From the NCBI GenBank assembly GCA_964420035.1, contig CAYQQR010000011.1, positions 728-64,727 of the forward strand: a stretch of 64,000 nucleotides of DNA, in the 5' to 3' direction. This document shows positions 18,549-27,067 of this stretch, piece by piece. Each line of letters starts with the position of its first letter. Position 1 is the stretch's first letter. Source of the stretch: an uncultured Bacteroidaceae bacterium (GTDB taxonomy: Bacteria; Bacteroidota; Bacteroidia; Bacteroidales; SM23-62). Made by a program: the position numbers and the translations under genes. The notes beneath the pieces were generated by a model. That model worked only from the letters and a program-made list of their open reading frames with translations, searched no databases and was not told the DNA's origin.

Positions 18549-19703
18549 ATGAGTAAAGAGCATGCCAGGAATATCTTTGAGCGGAACCCCGTACTTACGA
18601 TGATCCTTTTCTGGATTCTGGTAATTGTAGTTCTGGATCTTACTGCAGGGGCCATTTTTGGCAAAAAAACCTACCAGGATTTCAGAATAAGTCATTATTA
18701 CCTCCATCATGCCCTGAAACCCAACACCGTATCCGAGTCGCGCTGGTCGACCTACATCTACCCCTTTGTCACCAACTCCCTGGGCTTCCGGGATTCCGTG
18801 CCAAGGAGGTTCCCGCTGGAAAAACAGTCCCGGCGCATCCTCATCCTGGGGGATTCCCATACCGAGGGAGTGGACCTGGCCTTTGAAGACACCTTTGCAG
18901 GGATCCTTGCATCCAGGGGAAAACCACACGATACCGAGGTCCTGTCGGCAGCCGCCATCAGTTACAGCCCGAAGATCCATTGTCTTATGGCGGATTACTG
19001 GTTGCGGTACAAAAGACTGGAATGTGATGAAGTATATATTTTTATCGACATTTCCGATATCCAGAATGAATTTGTTTACAGGGATTTTAATCCGGGTGAG
19101 CCGTCGGGCTCAAAAGACTTTTTAAATAAGGTCCGGAATTTCTTTATTAAAAGGTCCTTCCTGGTCCGGTCTGTCAGGAACATCTTCAGGGAAAAAGGAA
19201 AGGAAGTGTTCTACGAGAATATGAATAAGCTGGGGCAACAGTTCCAGGGGGCGGACAGGACTATATCCGCAGACCTGTATTATTCCTTTTTCGATCATTT
19301 CAATGACGATGTGCTGCTTGCCAATCCACGGTTTCATTTTGTGCACGACTGGCTCTACGACGAGGAATTCAGAACCCTGGCCAAAAGGGGTATTGAGCTT
19401 GGGCAACAGAATATAAGCCGGATCAGGGAGATCTGCGATAAACGGCAAATATCCCTCAGCCTTGCCGTTCATCCCTGGCACAAACAGATCATGGAAAGGG
19501 ATACATCAGATTTGTTCGTCCAATCCTGGAAGAACTTTGCCGATAGTGCAGGCATCGGATTCATCAACTTATATCCCCTCTTTGTCAACCAGGAAAATCC
19601 CGTTGAAATAATTGAAAAGTGTTATATAAGGAATGATAACCACTGGAACGAATACGGTCACCAGAAGGTGGCGGAAGCCCTGGAAAAGATCATCTGGAAT
19701 TAG
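18549..19703 (+). CDS. membrane-anchored SGNH/GDSL-family hydrolase (putative carbohydrate esterase/acyl-transfer enzyme)
   Basis: N-terminal TM helix. Block I is ILILGDSHTEG and block V is DNHWNEYGH (DxxH). Confidence 0.8.
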   Translation: MSKEHARNIFERNPVLTMILFWILVIVVLDLTAGAIFGKKTYQDFRISHYYLHHALKPNTVSESRWSTYIYPFVTNSLGFRDSVPRRFPLEKQSRRILILGDSHTEGVDLAFEDTFAGILASRGKPHDTEVLSAAAISYSPKIHCLMADYWLRYKRLECDEVYIFIDISDIQNEFVYRDFNPGEPSGSKDFLNKVRNFFIKRSFLVRSVRNIFREKGKEVFYENMNKLGQQFQGADRTISADLYYSFFDHFNDDVLLANPRFHFVHDWLYDEEFRTLAKRGIELGQQNISRIREICDKRQISLSLAVHPWHKQIMERDTSDLFVQSWKNFADSAGIGFINLYPLFVNQENPVEIIEKCYIRNDNHWNEYGHQKVAEALEKIIWN

Positions 19704-19707
19704 CATT

Positions 19708-20694
19708 ATGCATGCATCCGGATCCCTGCCACTGCTTCTGCTTCTGCTTACTCTGTCGGTGGGTTGCCAGAGCAGGAACAGAATGAGGGAGGAGATACGG
19801 GAACTATCCGGAAAAGAAAATTCCTCCTATGAGATGGCTCTGCTGATCGGCGAATATGCCAACCGTTTTCCGGACGACCTGGAAGTACTGACCCGCCATT
19901 CAAAACTGCTGCTGGAAAGAGGGTACTTCCGTGAGGCTATGCTTTTGGCAAATAGTATTATCAGCCGGGACAGCAATAAGAGTAAAGCCTGGCATACCAG
20001 TGCCATGGCCAGGGCCGAGATGTGGCAATTCAGCAGTTCCCTGAACGACCTGGAAGAATATTGCAAAATGAAAGGTGTCGAACCGGAGTTAAATGCAGAC
20101 TACCGGAACATAAAGGTGATGGAGCAGATACACGGGCTTATCCAGGATACAGACCGCAGTATAAGCAATGCCCCTGATTCCGCAGCTTTATACAGGGAAA
20201 GGGCCGACCTTTTGTTAAAGATGAACCGTCCCCTTGCGGCCCGTGCCGATTACCGGTATTTGTTCGAACTCCAATACAACGAACAGGATTTCATCTTCAA
20301 CCTGCTGCGTTCCGGTTTTCTGCTGGAAGAGTTCCCCGAAGCCCAAAAAGATTTGGAAGTTTTTCAGAAACGATACCCGGATCATTCAATGACCGGTTTG
20401 GAACTCTTTGAATCCCTTATTCGTTCGGCGGTCAAACTGGAAAACAACAAGCCTTCGGAAACGGATTATCTTGTAGAAATGGCCAGGATATACGCTTCGG
20501 CCCAACTGGAAACCAAAGCCATTTCTTACCTGCAAAGAGCCCTGCAAAGCGACCCGGGTAACCTGAATATCAAATACAGGATGGCCGTGGTATACCTGAT
20601 GAAGAAAGAGCTGAAAACTGCCCGCCGTCTTGCACGGGAACTGCAGGAAGCAGGATTCAATCTCCCGGATCAATTCACGGAACAAATTAAATGA
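19708..20694 (+). CDS. TPR-repeat lipoprotein
   Basis: I chose the start at MHASGSLPLLLLLLTLSVGC (lipobox), 4 nt after the SGNH stop. The listed start at 19633 overlaps the upstream gene. The body is repetitive and helical (TPR-like). Confidence 0.7.
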   Translation: MHASGSLPLLLLLLTLSVGCQSRNRMREEIRELSGKENSSYEMALLIGEYANRFPDDLEVLTRHSKLLLERGYFREAMLLANSIISRDSNKSKAWHTSAMARAEMWQFSSSLNDLEEYCKMKGVEPELNADYRNIKVMEQIHGLIQDTDRSISNAPDSAALYRERADLLLKMNRPLAARADYRYLFELQYNEQDFIFNLLRSGFLLEEFPEAQKDLEVFQKRYPDHSMTGLELFESLIRSAVKLENNKPSETDYLVEMARIYASAQLETKAISYLQRALQSDPGNLNIKYRMAVVYLMKKELKTARRLARELQEAGFNLPDQFTEQIK

Positions 20695-20699
20695 AGTTC

Positions 20700-20719
20700 C
20701 CTGCCTGCCGGCAGGCAGG
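20700..20719. repeat. GC-rich palindrome, copy B (perfect CCTGCCTGCCGGCAGGCAGG)
   Basis: Perfect 20-nt palindrome, 6 nt after the TPR gene stop. AAGTTCC occurs on both sides. Confidence 0.9.
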
Positions 20720-20723
20720 CTAA

Positions 20724-20743
20724 GTTCCTGGGTTCCTGGGTTC
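20724..20743. repeat. short tandem repeat GTTCCTGG x2.5
   Basis: Read directly from the sequence. It abuts palindrome copy B. Confidence 0.85.
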
Positions 20744-20749
20744 ATTTAT

Positions 20750-20757
20750 TATCTTTG
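20750..20757 (+). promoter_or_regulatory. candidate -7 box (TATCTTTG) for the fucosidase gene
   Basis: Exact TAnnTTTG match, 25 nt upstream of the ATG at 20782. Confidence 0.35.
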
Positions 20758-20781
20758 TTTTTAAACTAAAGACCTAAACCC

Positions 20782-22092
20782 ATGAAAAAATTAATCCTCC
20801 TTGCTACAATCCTGGTATACGCTTTACATGGATTTACACAATATAAATACATGCCGGCTCCGGAGAACCTGGAAGCACGGGAGTGGTTCCGGGATGCTAA
20901 ATACGGTCTCTTTGTGCATTGGGGTGTTTACAGTATCCTGGGCAACGGCGAATGGGTGATGAACAACAGAGAGATCCCCATAGAACAGTACGAAAAACTG
21001 TCCTCCTTCTTTAATCCCCTTGATTTTGATGCCGGTGAATGGGTGAAAATTGTTAAGGAAGCGGGCATGAAATACATCACCGTCACCAGCAAACATCACG
21101 ATGGCTTTGCCATGTTCGATTCAAAAGTATCCGGTTATGATATCGTCGACCGGACACCCTACGGCAAGGATGTTCTGAAACAGCTTGCAGAAGCCTGTCA
21201 GAAAGAAGGAATTAAACTGTTTTTTTATTACTCCCAGCTCGACTGGCACCACCCCGAGTATTACTACGGCGGGCGTACCGGAGGGGATTTTACCGGCAGG
21301 GATAAAAACAGGGACTGGCCGGTTTACCTGGATTATATGAACAACCAGATTGAAGAATTACTCACCCAATACGGACCCGTGAGCGGGATCTGGTTCGACG
21401 GCTGGTGGGACAAGAAAGACGCCGACTGGCAACTGGAAAAAACCTACAGGCTGATCCACGAACTGCAGCCGGCCTGCCTGGTCGGCAACAACCACCATGT
21501 GACCCCCTTCGAAGGAGAGGATTTCCAGATGTTCGAAAAGGACCTGCCCGGACAAAACACCACCGGATGGGCCTCCGGCCAGGAGGTGAGCAAGGAAATG
21601 CCCCTGGAAACCTGCGAAACCATCAGCGCCAGCGGTAACTGGGGATTCAATATCTATAACAGCAGACAAAAAGATGTAAAGACCCTCGTCCAATACCTGG
21701 TCCGGGCCGCCGGATACAACAGCAATTTCCTCCTGAACGTGGGCCCCATGCCCAACGGCAAGATCCGCCCGGAACAAGTGAAGGTACTGAAGGAAATCGG
21801 GGAATGGCTCGAAGTTTACGGGGAAAGCATCTACGGTACCCGGGGCGGACCCATCACCCCGAAATCCTGGGGTGTATCCACCAATAAAAACAATAAAATA
21901 TACCTCCATATCCTGGATCGCGCCGACCAGGTACTGGCCATCCCCATTGGCATGCTCCGTATCAAATCCGTTAAAACCTTCAGGGAACAAACCCCTGTCG
22001 CGTATGAGATCGTCGATGAAGTCATGGTCCTCAAACTCCCGCCCGTCCATCCTTCGGAATATGACCTGGTGATTGAGATGAAACTTAAATAG
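20782..22092 (+). CDS. alpha-L-fucosidase, GH29
   Basis: 436 aa with a signal peptide. WFRDAKYGLFVHWGVYS and YITVTSKHHDGFAMFDS are GH29 hallmarks. Confidence 0.93.
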   Translation: MKKLILLATILVYALHGFTQYKYMPAPENLEAREWFRDAKYGLFVHWGVYSILGNGEWVMNNREIPIEQYEKLSSFFNPLDFDAGEWVKIVKEAGMKYITVTSKHHDGFAMFDSKVSGYDIVDRTPYGKDVLKQLAEACQKEGIKLFFYYSQLDWHHPEYYYGGRTGGDFTGRDKNRDWPVYLDYMNNQIEELLTQYGPVSGIWFDGWWDKKDADWQLEKTYRLIHELQPACLVGNNHHVTPFEGEDFQMFEKDLPGQNTTGWASGQEVSKEMPLETCETISASGNWGFNIYNSRQKDVKTLVQYLVRAAGYNSNFLLNVGPMPNGKIRPEQVKVLKEIGEWLEVYGESIYGTRGGPITPKSWGVSTNKNNKIYLHILDRADQVLAIPIGMLRIKSVKTFREQTPVAYEIVDEVMVLKLPPVHPSEYDLVIEMKLK

Positions 22093-22225
22093 ACTATAGC
22101 CGACAGACCACAGACCACGGTACCTTTACGTTGAAAGTAATACCAAAATTAGTTCTCGCTTCGGTATTAAATCCAGCTTGAGGAAAGGATTATCGAAATC
22201 TACAAACATACCGTGGTCCGTCGTC

Positions 22226-22242
22226 CCTGCCTGCCAGGCAGG
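22226..22242. repeat. GC-rich palindrome, copy C (CCTGCCTGCCAGGCAGG, shortened centre)
   Basis: Flanked by GTGGTCCGTCGTC on the left and CGTCGTCCGTGGTC on the right. Confidence 0.7.
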
Positions 22243-22426
22243 CATGGCGTCGTCCGTGGTCTTTTAAAAAACAACTATTCACATTTATACCCCCCTAATT
22301 ATTATTATATTTTATTAGTTTTTATATTATTCTAAAATATACCCCCTTAAATTTGGAGGTAATTAGAAAATATTAATACTTTTACGGCATCAACCCCAAT
22401 TTAGTATCAACTTAAAACTTTACCTC

Positions 22427-23197
22427 ATGAAAAAGCTAAAGTTCAAAAGTTGGGCATTGGGGTTGGTGCTTCTTTCCCCGGCAGCCCACCCGGATTTAAG
22501 AGCCCGGGAAGCTGGTTCAAACCTCAGCATGGGCACCGACCTGGTCAGCCGCTACATCTGGCGCGGCTTGAACACGGGGGGGCCGGGTGCTCACTTTCAG
22601 CCCTGGCTCGAGTACCGTATGGGTCAGACCGGTGTGGCCCTTGGTGCATGGGGGTCCTATTCCCTGGGATCGGGAACCGGCACGGAGGTGGACCTTTACC
22701 TGAGCTATACCCCCGTGTCCTTTCTGACCATAGGGGTCACGGATTATTTCTTTCCGGCGGATGCCGCTTTCGGAAGCAGTTCATTTTTCGATTACGGTGC
22801 CGGCACCACGGGACATACCCTGGAGGCCATGATTAGCTTTAACGGGTTGAAGGATTTCCCATTGTCGGTGCTTTTTGCCATGAACTTTTACGGGGCGGAC
22901 GGCACGGATGAGAACGGGGATAATTACCTGGCCAAATACCTGGAACTATCTTATGCATTTGCGGCAGGAGAAACAACCATAGTCCCTGTGGCAGGCATGG
23001 CCCTGGATGATCCCAGGGAGGAAGAGAGTGCGGTTGGTTGGTACGGGAACTCTGCAGGGTTGATCCAGGCCGGGTTTACCCTCGGCCGTGAAATAAAAAT
23101 AACCGAACACATGGATTTGCCGGTATCGATAGCCTTCCTTGTCAATCCGGAGGCAGAGAACATTTACCTGGTATTGACCATTGGATTTACCTTTTAA
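22427..23197 (+). CDS. TorF-like putative outer-membrane porin (ammonium-transporter-associated)
   Basis: 256 aa with a signal peptide. GTDLVSRYIWRGLN...GVALGAWGSY shows the alternating pattern of a beta-barrel. Lies directly upstream of glnK-amt. Confidence 0.6.
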   Translation: MKKLKFKSWALGLVLLSPAAHPDLRAREAGSNLSMGTDLVSRYIWRGLNTGGPGAHFQPWLEYRMGQTGVALGAWGSYSLGSGTGTEVDLYLSYTPVSFLTIGVTDYFFPADAAFGSSSFFDYGAGTTGHTLEAMISFNGLKDFPLSVLFAMNFYGADGTDENGDNYLAKYLELSYAFAAGETTIVPVAGMALDDPREEESAVGWYGNSAGLIQAGFTLGREIKITEHMDLPVSIAFLVNPEAENIYLVLTIGFTF

Positions 23198-23215
23198 CAA
23201 TCAAGCACAACCGAT

Positions 23216-23572
23216 ATGAAAAAGATTGAAGCCATCATCAGGAAAACCAAATTTCCGGAAGTCAAAGAGGCCTTACATGACACCGGGATCGATTTCTTTT
23301 CTTACTGGGAAGTAAGAGGGGTGGGCAAGGCTCGCGAAAGTCGTGTTTACAGGGGAATTGCCTATGACACCAGTACCATAGAGCGGCTCCTGATCTCTAT
23401 TGTAGTCCGGGACAAGAACCTGGACCGGACCATTGATGCCCTCATGGAAGCATCCCGGACGGGGGAGATCGGGGACGGGAAGATCTTCGTTTCCCCCGTT
23501 CAGGAAAGTTACCGGATCCGGACCGGTGAAAAGGGTGATGACACCTTATTCATCAAGGATGAGAAAGCCTGA
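23216..23572 (+). CDS. glnK: P-II nitrogen regulatory protein
   Basis: 118 aa. MKKIEAIIRKTKFPEVKEAL...VRGVGKARESRVYRGIAYD (T-loop)...GDGKIFVSPV. Adjacent to amt. Confidence 0.93.
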   Translation: MKKIEAIIRKTKFPEVKEALHDTGIDFFSYWEVRGVGKARESRVYRGIAYDTSTIERLLISIVVRDKNLDRTIDALMEASRTGEIGDGKIFVSPVQESYRIRTGEKGDDTLFIKDEKA

Positions 23573-23623
23573 CCGGTAATGGGGTTACTTATAACTATTT
23601 GAATCATATCAATATTGAAAATC

Positions 23624-24883
23624 ATGGAAGAAACGATACATACAATGACCGACACGGTAGGGGAACTGACCATATCCACGGATACCTTATGGGTTTTGGT
23701 GGCAACCGTTCTGGTAATGTTCATGCAGCCCGGTTTTGCCATGGTTGAAGCCGGTTTCACCCGCGCAAAGAACACAGCTAACATATTAATGAAGAACATC
23801 ATGGATTTTTCCATCGGATCACTCATTTTTTGGACCCTGGGCTACACCATCATGTTCGGTGAGGATATAGCCGGCCTGTTCGGGAAAGCCATATTCTTCT
23901 TAAACTCCGATGGGATCAACGGCATTACCGACAAAGCCGGCCTGATGTTCCAGACGGTTTTTGCCGCCACGGCTGCAACCATCGTCTCCGGTGCGGTAGC
24001 CGAGCGTACGAAATTCAGTACCTACCTGATATTCAGTGCACTCATAACAGCCATTATTTACCCCGTTTCCGGTCACTGGATCTGGGGCGGTGGATGGCTG
24101 AGTCAGCTGGAAACCCCTTTTCACGACTTTGCAGGTTCCACTGTTGTACATTCCGTCGGTGCCTGGTTAGGATTGACAGGGGCAGCCATCATCGGACCCC
24201 GCCTGGGGAAGTACGGACCCAATGGGAAAGTCAATGCCATCCCGGGTCACAGTCTGACCCTGGGTGCGCTGGGCGTATTCATCTTGTGGTTCGGCTGGTT
24301 CGGGTTCAACCCGGGTTCCCGGCTGGCCATGGCGGGCAGCAGTAATGCCCTGGCCGTATCCCATATATTCCTGACCACCAACCTGGGGGCAGCAGCAGGG
24401 GCGGTGACGGCCATGTTCATTACCTGGATGCAATTCAAGCGTCCCGGCTTGTCCATTACTTTGAACGGGGCGCTGGCCGGACTGGTGGCCATAACGGCAG
24501 GCTGTGACATTGTAAGTCCGGGCGGGGCGGTGATCATTGGCATCATCGCCGGATCCGTACTGGTCCTCGGGGTGGAGTTCATCGATAAGGTGCTGAAGGT
24601 CGACGACCCGGTCGGGGCGGTTTCCGTACACGGCCTGTCCGGGGCCACCGGCACCATCATGGTGGGATTTTTCGCCACCGAAGGAGGTTTGTTCTACGGG
24701 GGAGGAACCGGTCTGCTGCTCAGCCAGCTTATCGGTGTATTCTCTGTTGCTGCCTGGGCGATGGGCATGGGCTTCCTGATGTTCATGATCCTGAAAAAGA
24801 CCGTCGGGGTAAGGGTATCCAGGAGGGTCGAGGAAGAGGGCCTGGATGTCTATGAACACGGGGAAAGCAATTACAACATGTAG
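23624..24883 (+). CDS. amt: ammonium transporter (Amt family)
   Basis: Amt signature HDFAGSTVVHSVGAW with multiple TM segments. I prefer the ATG at 23624 to the TTG at 23615. Confidence 0.93.
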   Translation: MEETIHTMTDTVGELTISTDTLWVLVATVLVMFMQPGFAMVEAGFTRAKNTANILMKNIMDFSIGSLIFWTLGYTIMFGEDIAGLFGKAIFFLNSDGINGITDKAGLMFQTVFAATAATIVSGAVAERTKFSTYLIFSALITAIIYPVSGHWIWGGGWLSQLETPFHDFAGSTVVHSVGAWLGLTGAAIIGPRLGKYGPNGKVNAIPGHSLTLGALGVFILWFGWFGFNPGSRLAMAGSSNALAVSHIFLTTNLGAAAGAVTAMFITWMQFKRPGLSITLNGALAGLVAITAGCDIVSPGGAVIIGIIAGSVLVLGVEFIDKVLKVDDPVGAVSVHGLSGATGTIMVGFFATEGGLFYGGGTGLLLSQLIGVFSVAAWAMGMGFLMFMILKKTVGVRVSRRVEEEGLDVYEHGESNYNM

Positions 24884-25010
24884 TACTACAGGAAAAACAA
24901 AATTTTAACTGTGCGCGAAGAACGCAAAAAAATACAATATTGACATACTTTGCGTCTCCCGCGCCTTCTTCGCGATCTTAGCGGTTGAGGAATATATTAA
25001 AAACCTGTTC

Positions 25011-26369
25011 TTAAACTTCTTCCAGCTCAGCCAGGCTGGCCCTTATCTCCTCGTCACTCAGGGCATGATCTTCCAGGTCACCCGCGAAATACCTGTCGTA
25101 GGCTCCCAGGTCGACCAGTCCATGGCCCGAGAAGTTTATAAGTATGTTTTTTTGCTTTCCTTCCTCACGGGCTATCAATGCCTCCTGCACGGCGGCGGCA
25201 ATGGCATGGGTGGTTTCCGGGGCGGGAATATAGCCTTCGGTCCGGGCAAACCGGATCCCTTCCTGAAAAGTTTCCAGCTGTTTCACGGAACGGGCCTCGA
25301 TAAGCCCGTCGTTCAGCAACTGGCTCACGATGGCCCCGGCACCATGATAACGAAGTCCGCCCGCATGGATCCTGGCGGGAATAAAACCGTGTCCCAGGGT
25401 ATACATCAGGATCAGGGGAGTCAATCCGACGGTGTCCCCGAAATCATAACGAAAATCACCGCGGGTGAGCTTGGGACAGGATGCCGGTTCCACGGCAACG
25501 ATCCGGGTATTCTTCCCCTCGGTAAAGTTCCTGTGCAGAAAAGGAAAGGAAATCCCTGAAAAGTTCGATCCGCCGCCAAAACAACCAATCACGATATCGG
25601 GATAATCACCGGTCATTTCAAGCTGCTTCAGCGCTTCCTGACCGATAATGGTCTGATGCAGCAGGACGTGGTTCAAAACGGAACCCAGGCTGTATTTGGT
25701 CTGCTCATCCTTTGCCGCCATCTCAACGGCCTCTGAGATCGCAATGCCCAGGCTCCCGGGAGAATCCGGATCGGAGGCCAGGATCTTCCTCCCGGATTCG
25801 GTGAGCTCACTGGGAGAGGGAACCACATCCGCACCCCAGGTATTGATCATGGTTTTTCGATAAGGCTTCTGCTCAAAGGACACCTTCACCATGAATACCT
25901 GTAACTGGATATCGAAAAACCGCGTCGCAAAAGCAAGGGCACTCCCCCACTGACCCGCACCGGTCTCGGTGGTCATTTTCCGCACACCTTCCTTGTAATT
26001 ATAATAGGCCTGGGGTACGGCAGTATTGGGTTTATGAGAACCGGCCGGACTCACCCCCTCGTGTTTGTAATAGATCCTTGCCGGCGTGTCCAGGGCCTTT
26101 TCCAGGTTTTTGGCACGGACCAGTGGGGAGGGCCGCCAGAGTTTGTAAATATCCTGTACCTGTTCGGGTATCTCTATCCAACGTTCGGGCGATACTTCCT
26201 GCTTGATTAGTTCCATGGGAAAAAGCGGGGCGAGATCCTCCGGTCCTACAGGTTTCCTGGTACCCGGATGTAAGGGAGGCTTGGGCTTATTGGGCATATC
26301 CGCCATGATGTTATACCAGTGCGTGGGCATCTCCCGTTCATTCAGGAATATTTTTGTACGTGCAGTCAT
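25011..26369 (-). CDS. TrpB-like PLP-dependent enzyme (tryptophan synthase beta chain 2, TrpB2 type)
   Basis: 452 aa. [13 protein letters not shown]...[15 protein letters not shown]...[19 protein letters not shown] matches the stand-alone TrpB2 family. Confidence 0.9.
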   Translation of the reverse strand: MTARTKIFLNEREMPTHWYNIMADMPNKPKPPLHPGTRKPVGPEDLAPLFPMELIKQEVSPERWIEIPEQVQDIYKLWRPSPLVRAKNLEKALDTPARIYYKHEGVSPAGSHKPNTAVPQAYYNYKEGVRKMTTETGAGQWGSALAFATRFFDIQLQVFMVKVSFEQKPYRKTMINTWGADVVPSPSELTESGRKILASDPDSPGSLGIAISEAVEMAAKDEQTKYSLGSVLNHVLLHQTIIGQEALKQLEMTGDYPDIVIGCFGGGSNFSGISFPFLHRNFTEGKNTRIVAVEPASCPKLTRGDFRYDFGDTVGLTPLILMYTLGHGFIPARIHAGGLRYHGAGAIVSQLLNDGLIEARSVKQLETFQEGIRFARTEGYIPAPETTHAIAAAVQEALIAREEGKQKNILINFSGHGLVDLGAYDRYFAGDLEDHALSDEEIRASLAELEEV

Positions 26370-26523
26370 AAAAAATTGGATTTGTGTTCAACAGCCCGTG
26401 AAAATAATGAATTAAGATCATAATTAAATCATTTCAATCAATTTATAATTAATATGAATTTCATGAAAATTGTGTCAAATTGATATCGCACCAGGGATAA
26501 TAAAATGATTATCTTTGATCCCT

Positions 26524-26907
26524 ATGCTTCGGACCTCATTCAACAGAAGACAAAACACGGACGCGGGATTGGCACTGGCCCTGATATTCCTGTTATTGGG
26601 AGTTTTCCTTGAACGGGATATTTATTACAAACTGGCCCTACCGGTAATTGTCCTGACCATGGTGGTGCCGGTGGTGTTGTATCCTTTTTCTGTTTTCTGG
26701 TTTAATTTTGCCAGCCTGTTGGGAGCCGTCATGTCGCGGATCATCCTGAGCATTGTATTTTTTATCCTGGTTACCCCGGTAGGGTTATTGAGGAGGATCC
26801 TGGGGAAAGATCCCTTGCATTTAAAGGGATTTAAAAAAGGTACCGGGTCCGTATTGATTCAGCGGGATCATCATTATACGGGACAAGATTTGAATCATCC
26901 ATTTTAA
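26524..26907 (+). CDS. SxtJ-like small membrane protein
   Basis: The motif VTPVGLLRRILGKDPLHLK and three hydrophobic segments resemble SxtJ-family proteins that accompany carbamoyltransferases. I prefer the ATG at 26524 to the TTG at 26515. Confidence 0.65.
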   Translation: MLRTSFNRRQNTDAGLALALIFLLLGVFLERDIYYKLALPVIVLTMVVPVVLYPFSVFWFNFASLLGAVMSRIILSIVFFILVTPVGLLRRILGKDPLHLKGFKKGTGSVLIQRDHHYTGQDLNHPF

Positions 26908-26916
26908 AAGAAGAAC

Positions 26917-27066
26917 ATGGAGTTTTTAAAAGACCTTTGGACATTTCTCAAGGTGCGTAAAAAATTCTGGCTCTTACCCCTGATCATCATTCTGTTGATC
27001 TTTGCCGTCCTGATCGTTCTGAGCAGCGGTTCTGCCATAGCACCCTTCATTTATACTTTATTCTGA
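26917..27066 (+). CDS. DUF5989 (SxtK-like) 49-aa membrane peptide - not in the supplied ORF track
   Basis: My own translation is MEFLKDLWTFLKVRKKFWLLPLIIILLIFAVLIVLSSGSAIAPFIYTLF*. It lies 9 nt after the sxtJ-like stop and 1 nt before the carbamoyltransferase ATG. The sequence matches my memory of the DUF5989 consensus. Confidence 0.7.
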   Translation: MEFLKDLWTFLKVRKKFWLLPLIIILLIFAVLIVLSSGSAIAPFIYTLF

Positions 27067-27067
27067 T

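Noticed and set aside
19633-19707. Upstream start of the TPR lipoprotein overlapping the SGNH gene by 71 nt (likewise 17726..17758 for the surface lipoprotein)
   Set aside because: Internal ATGs give canonical lipoprotein signal peptides and remove the long overlaps.
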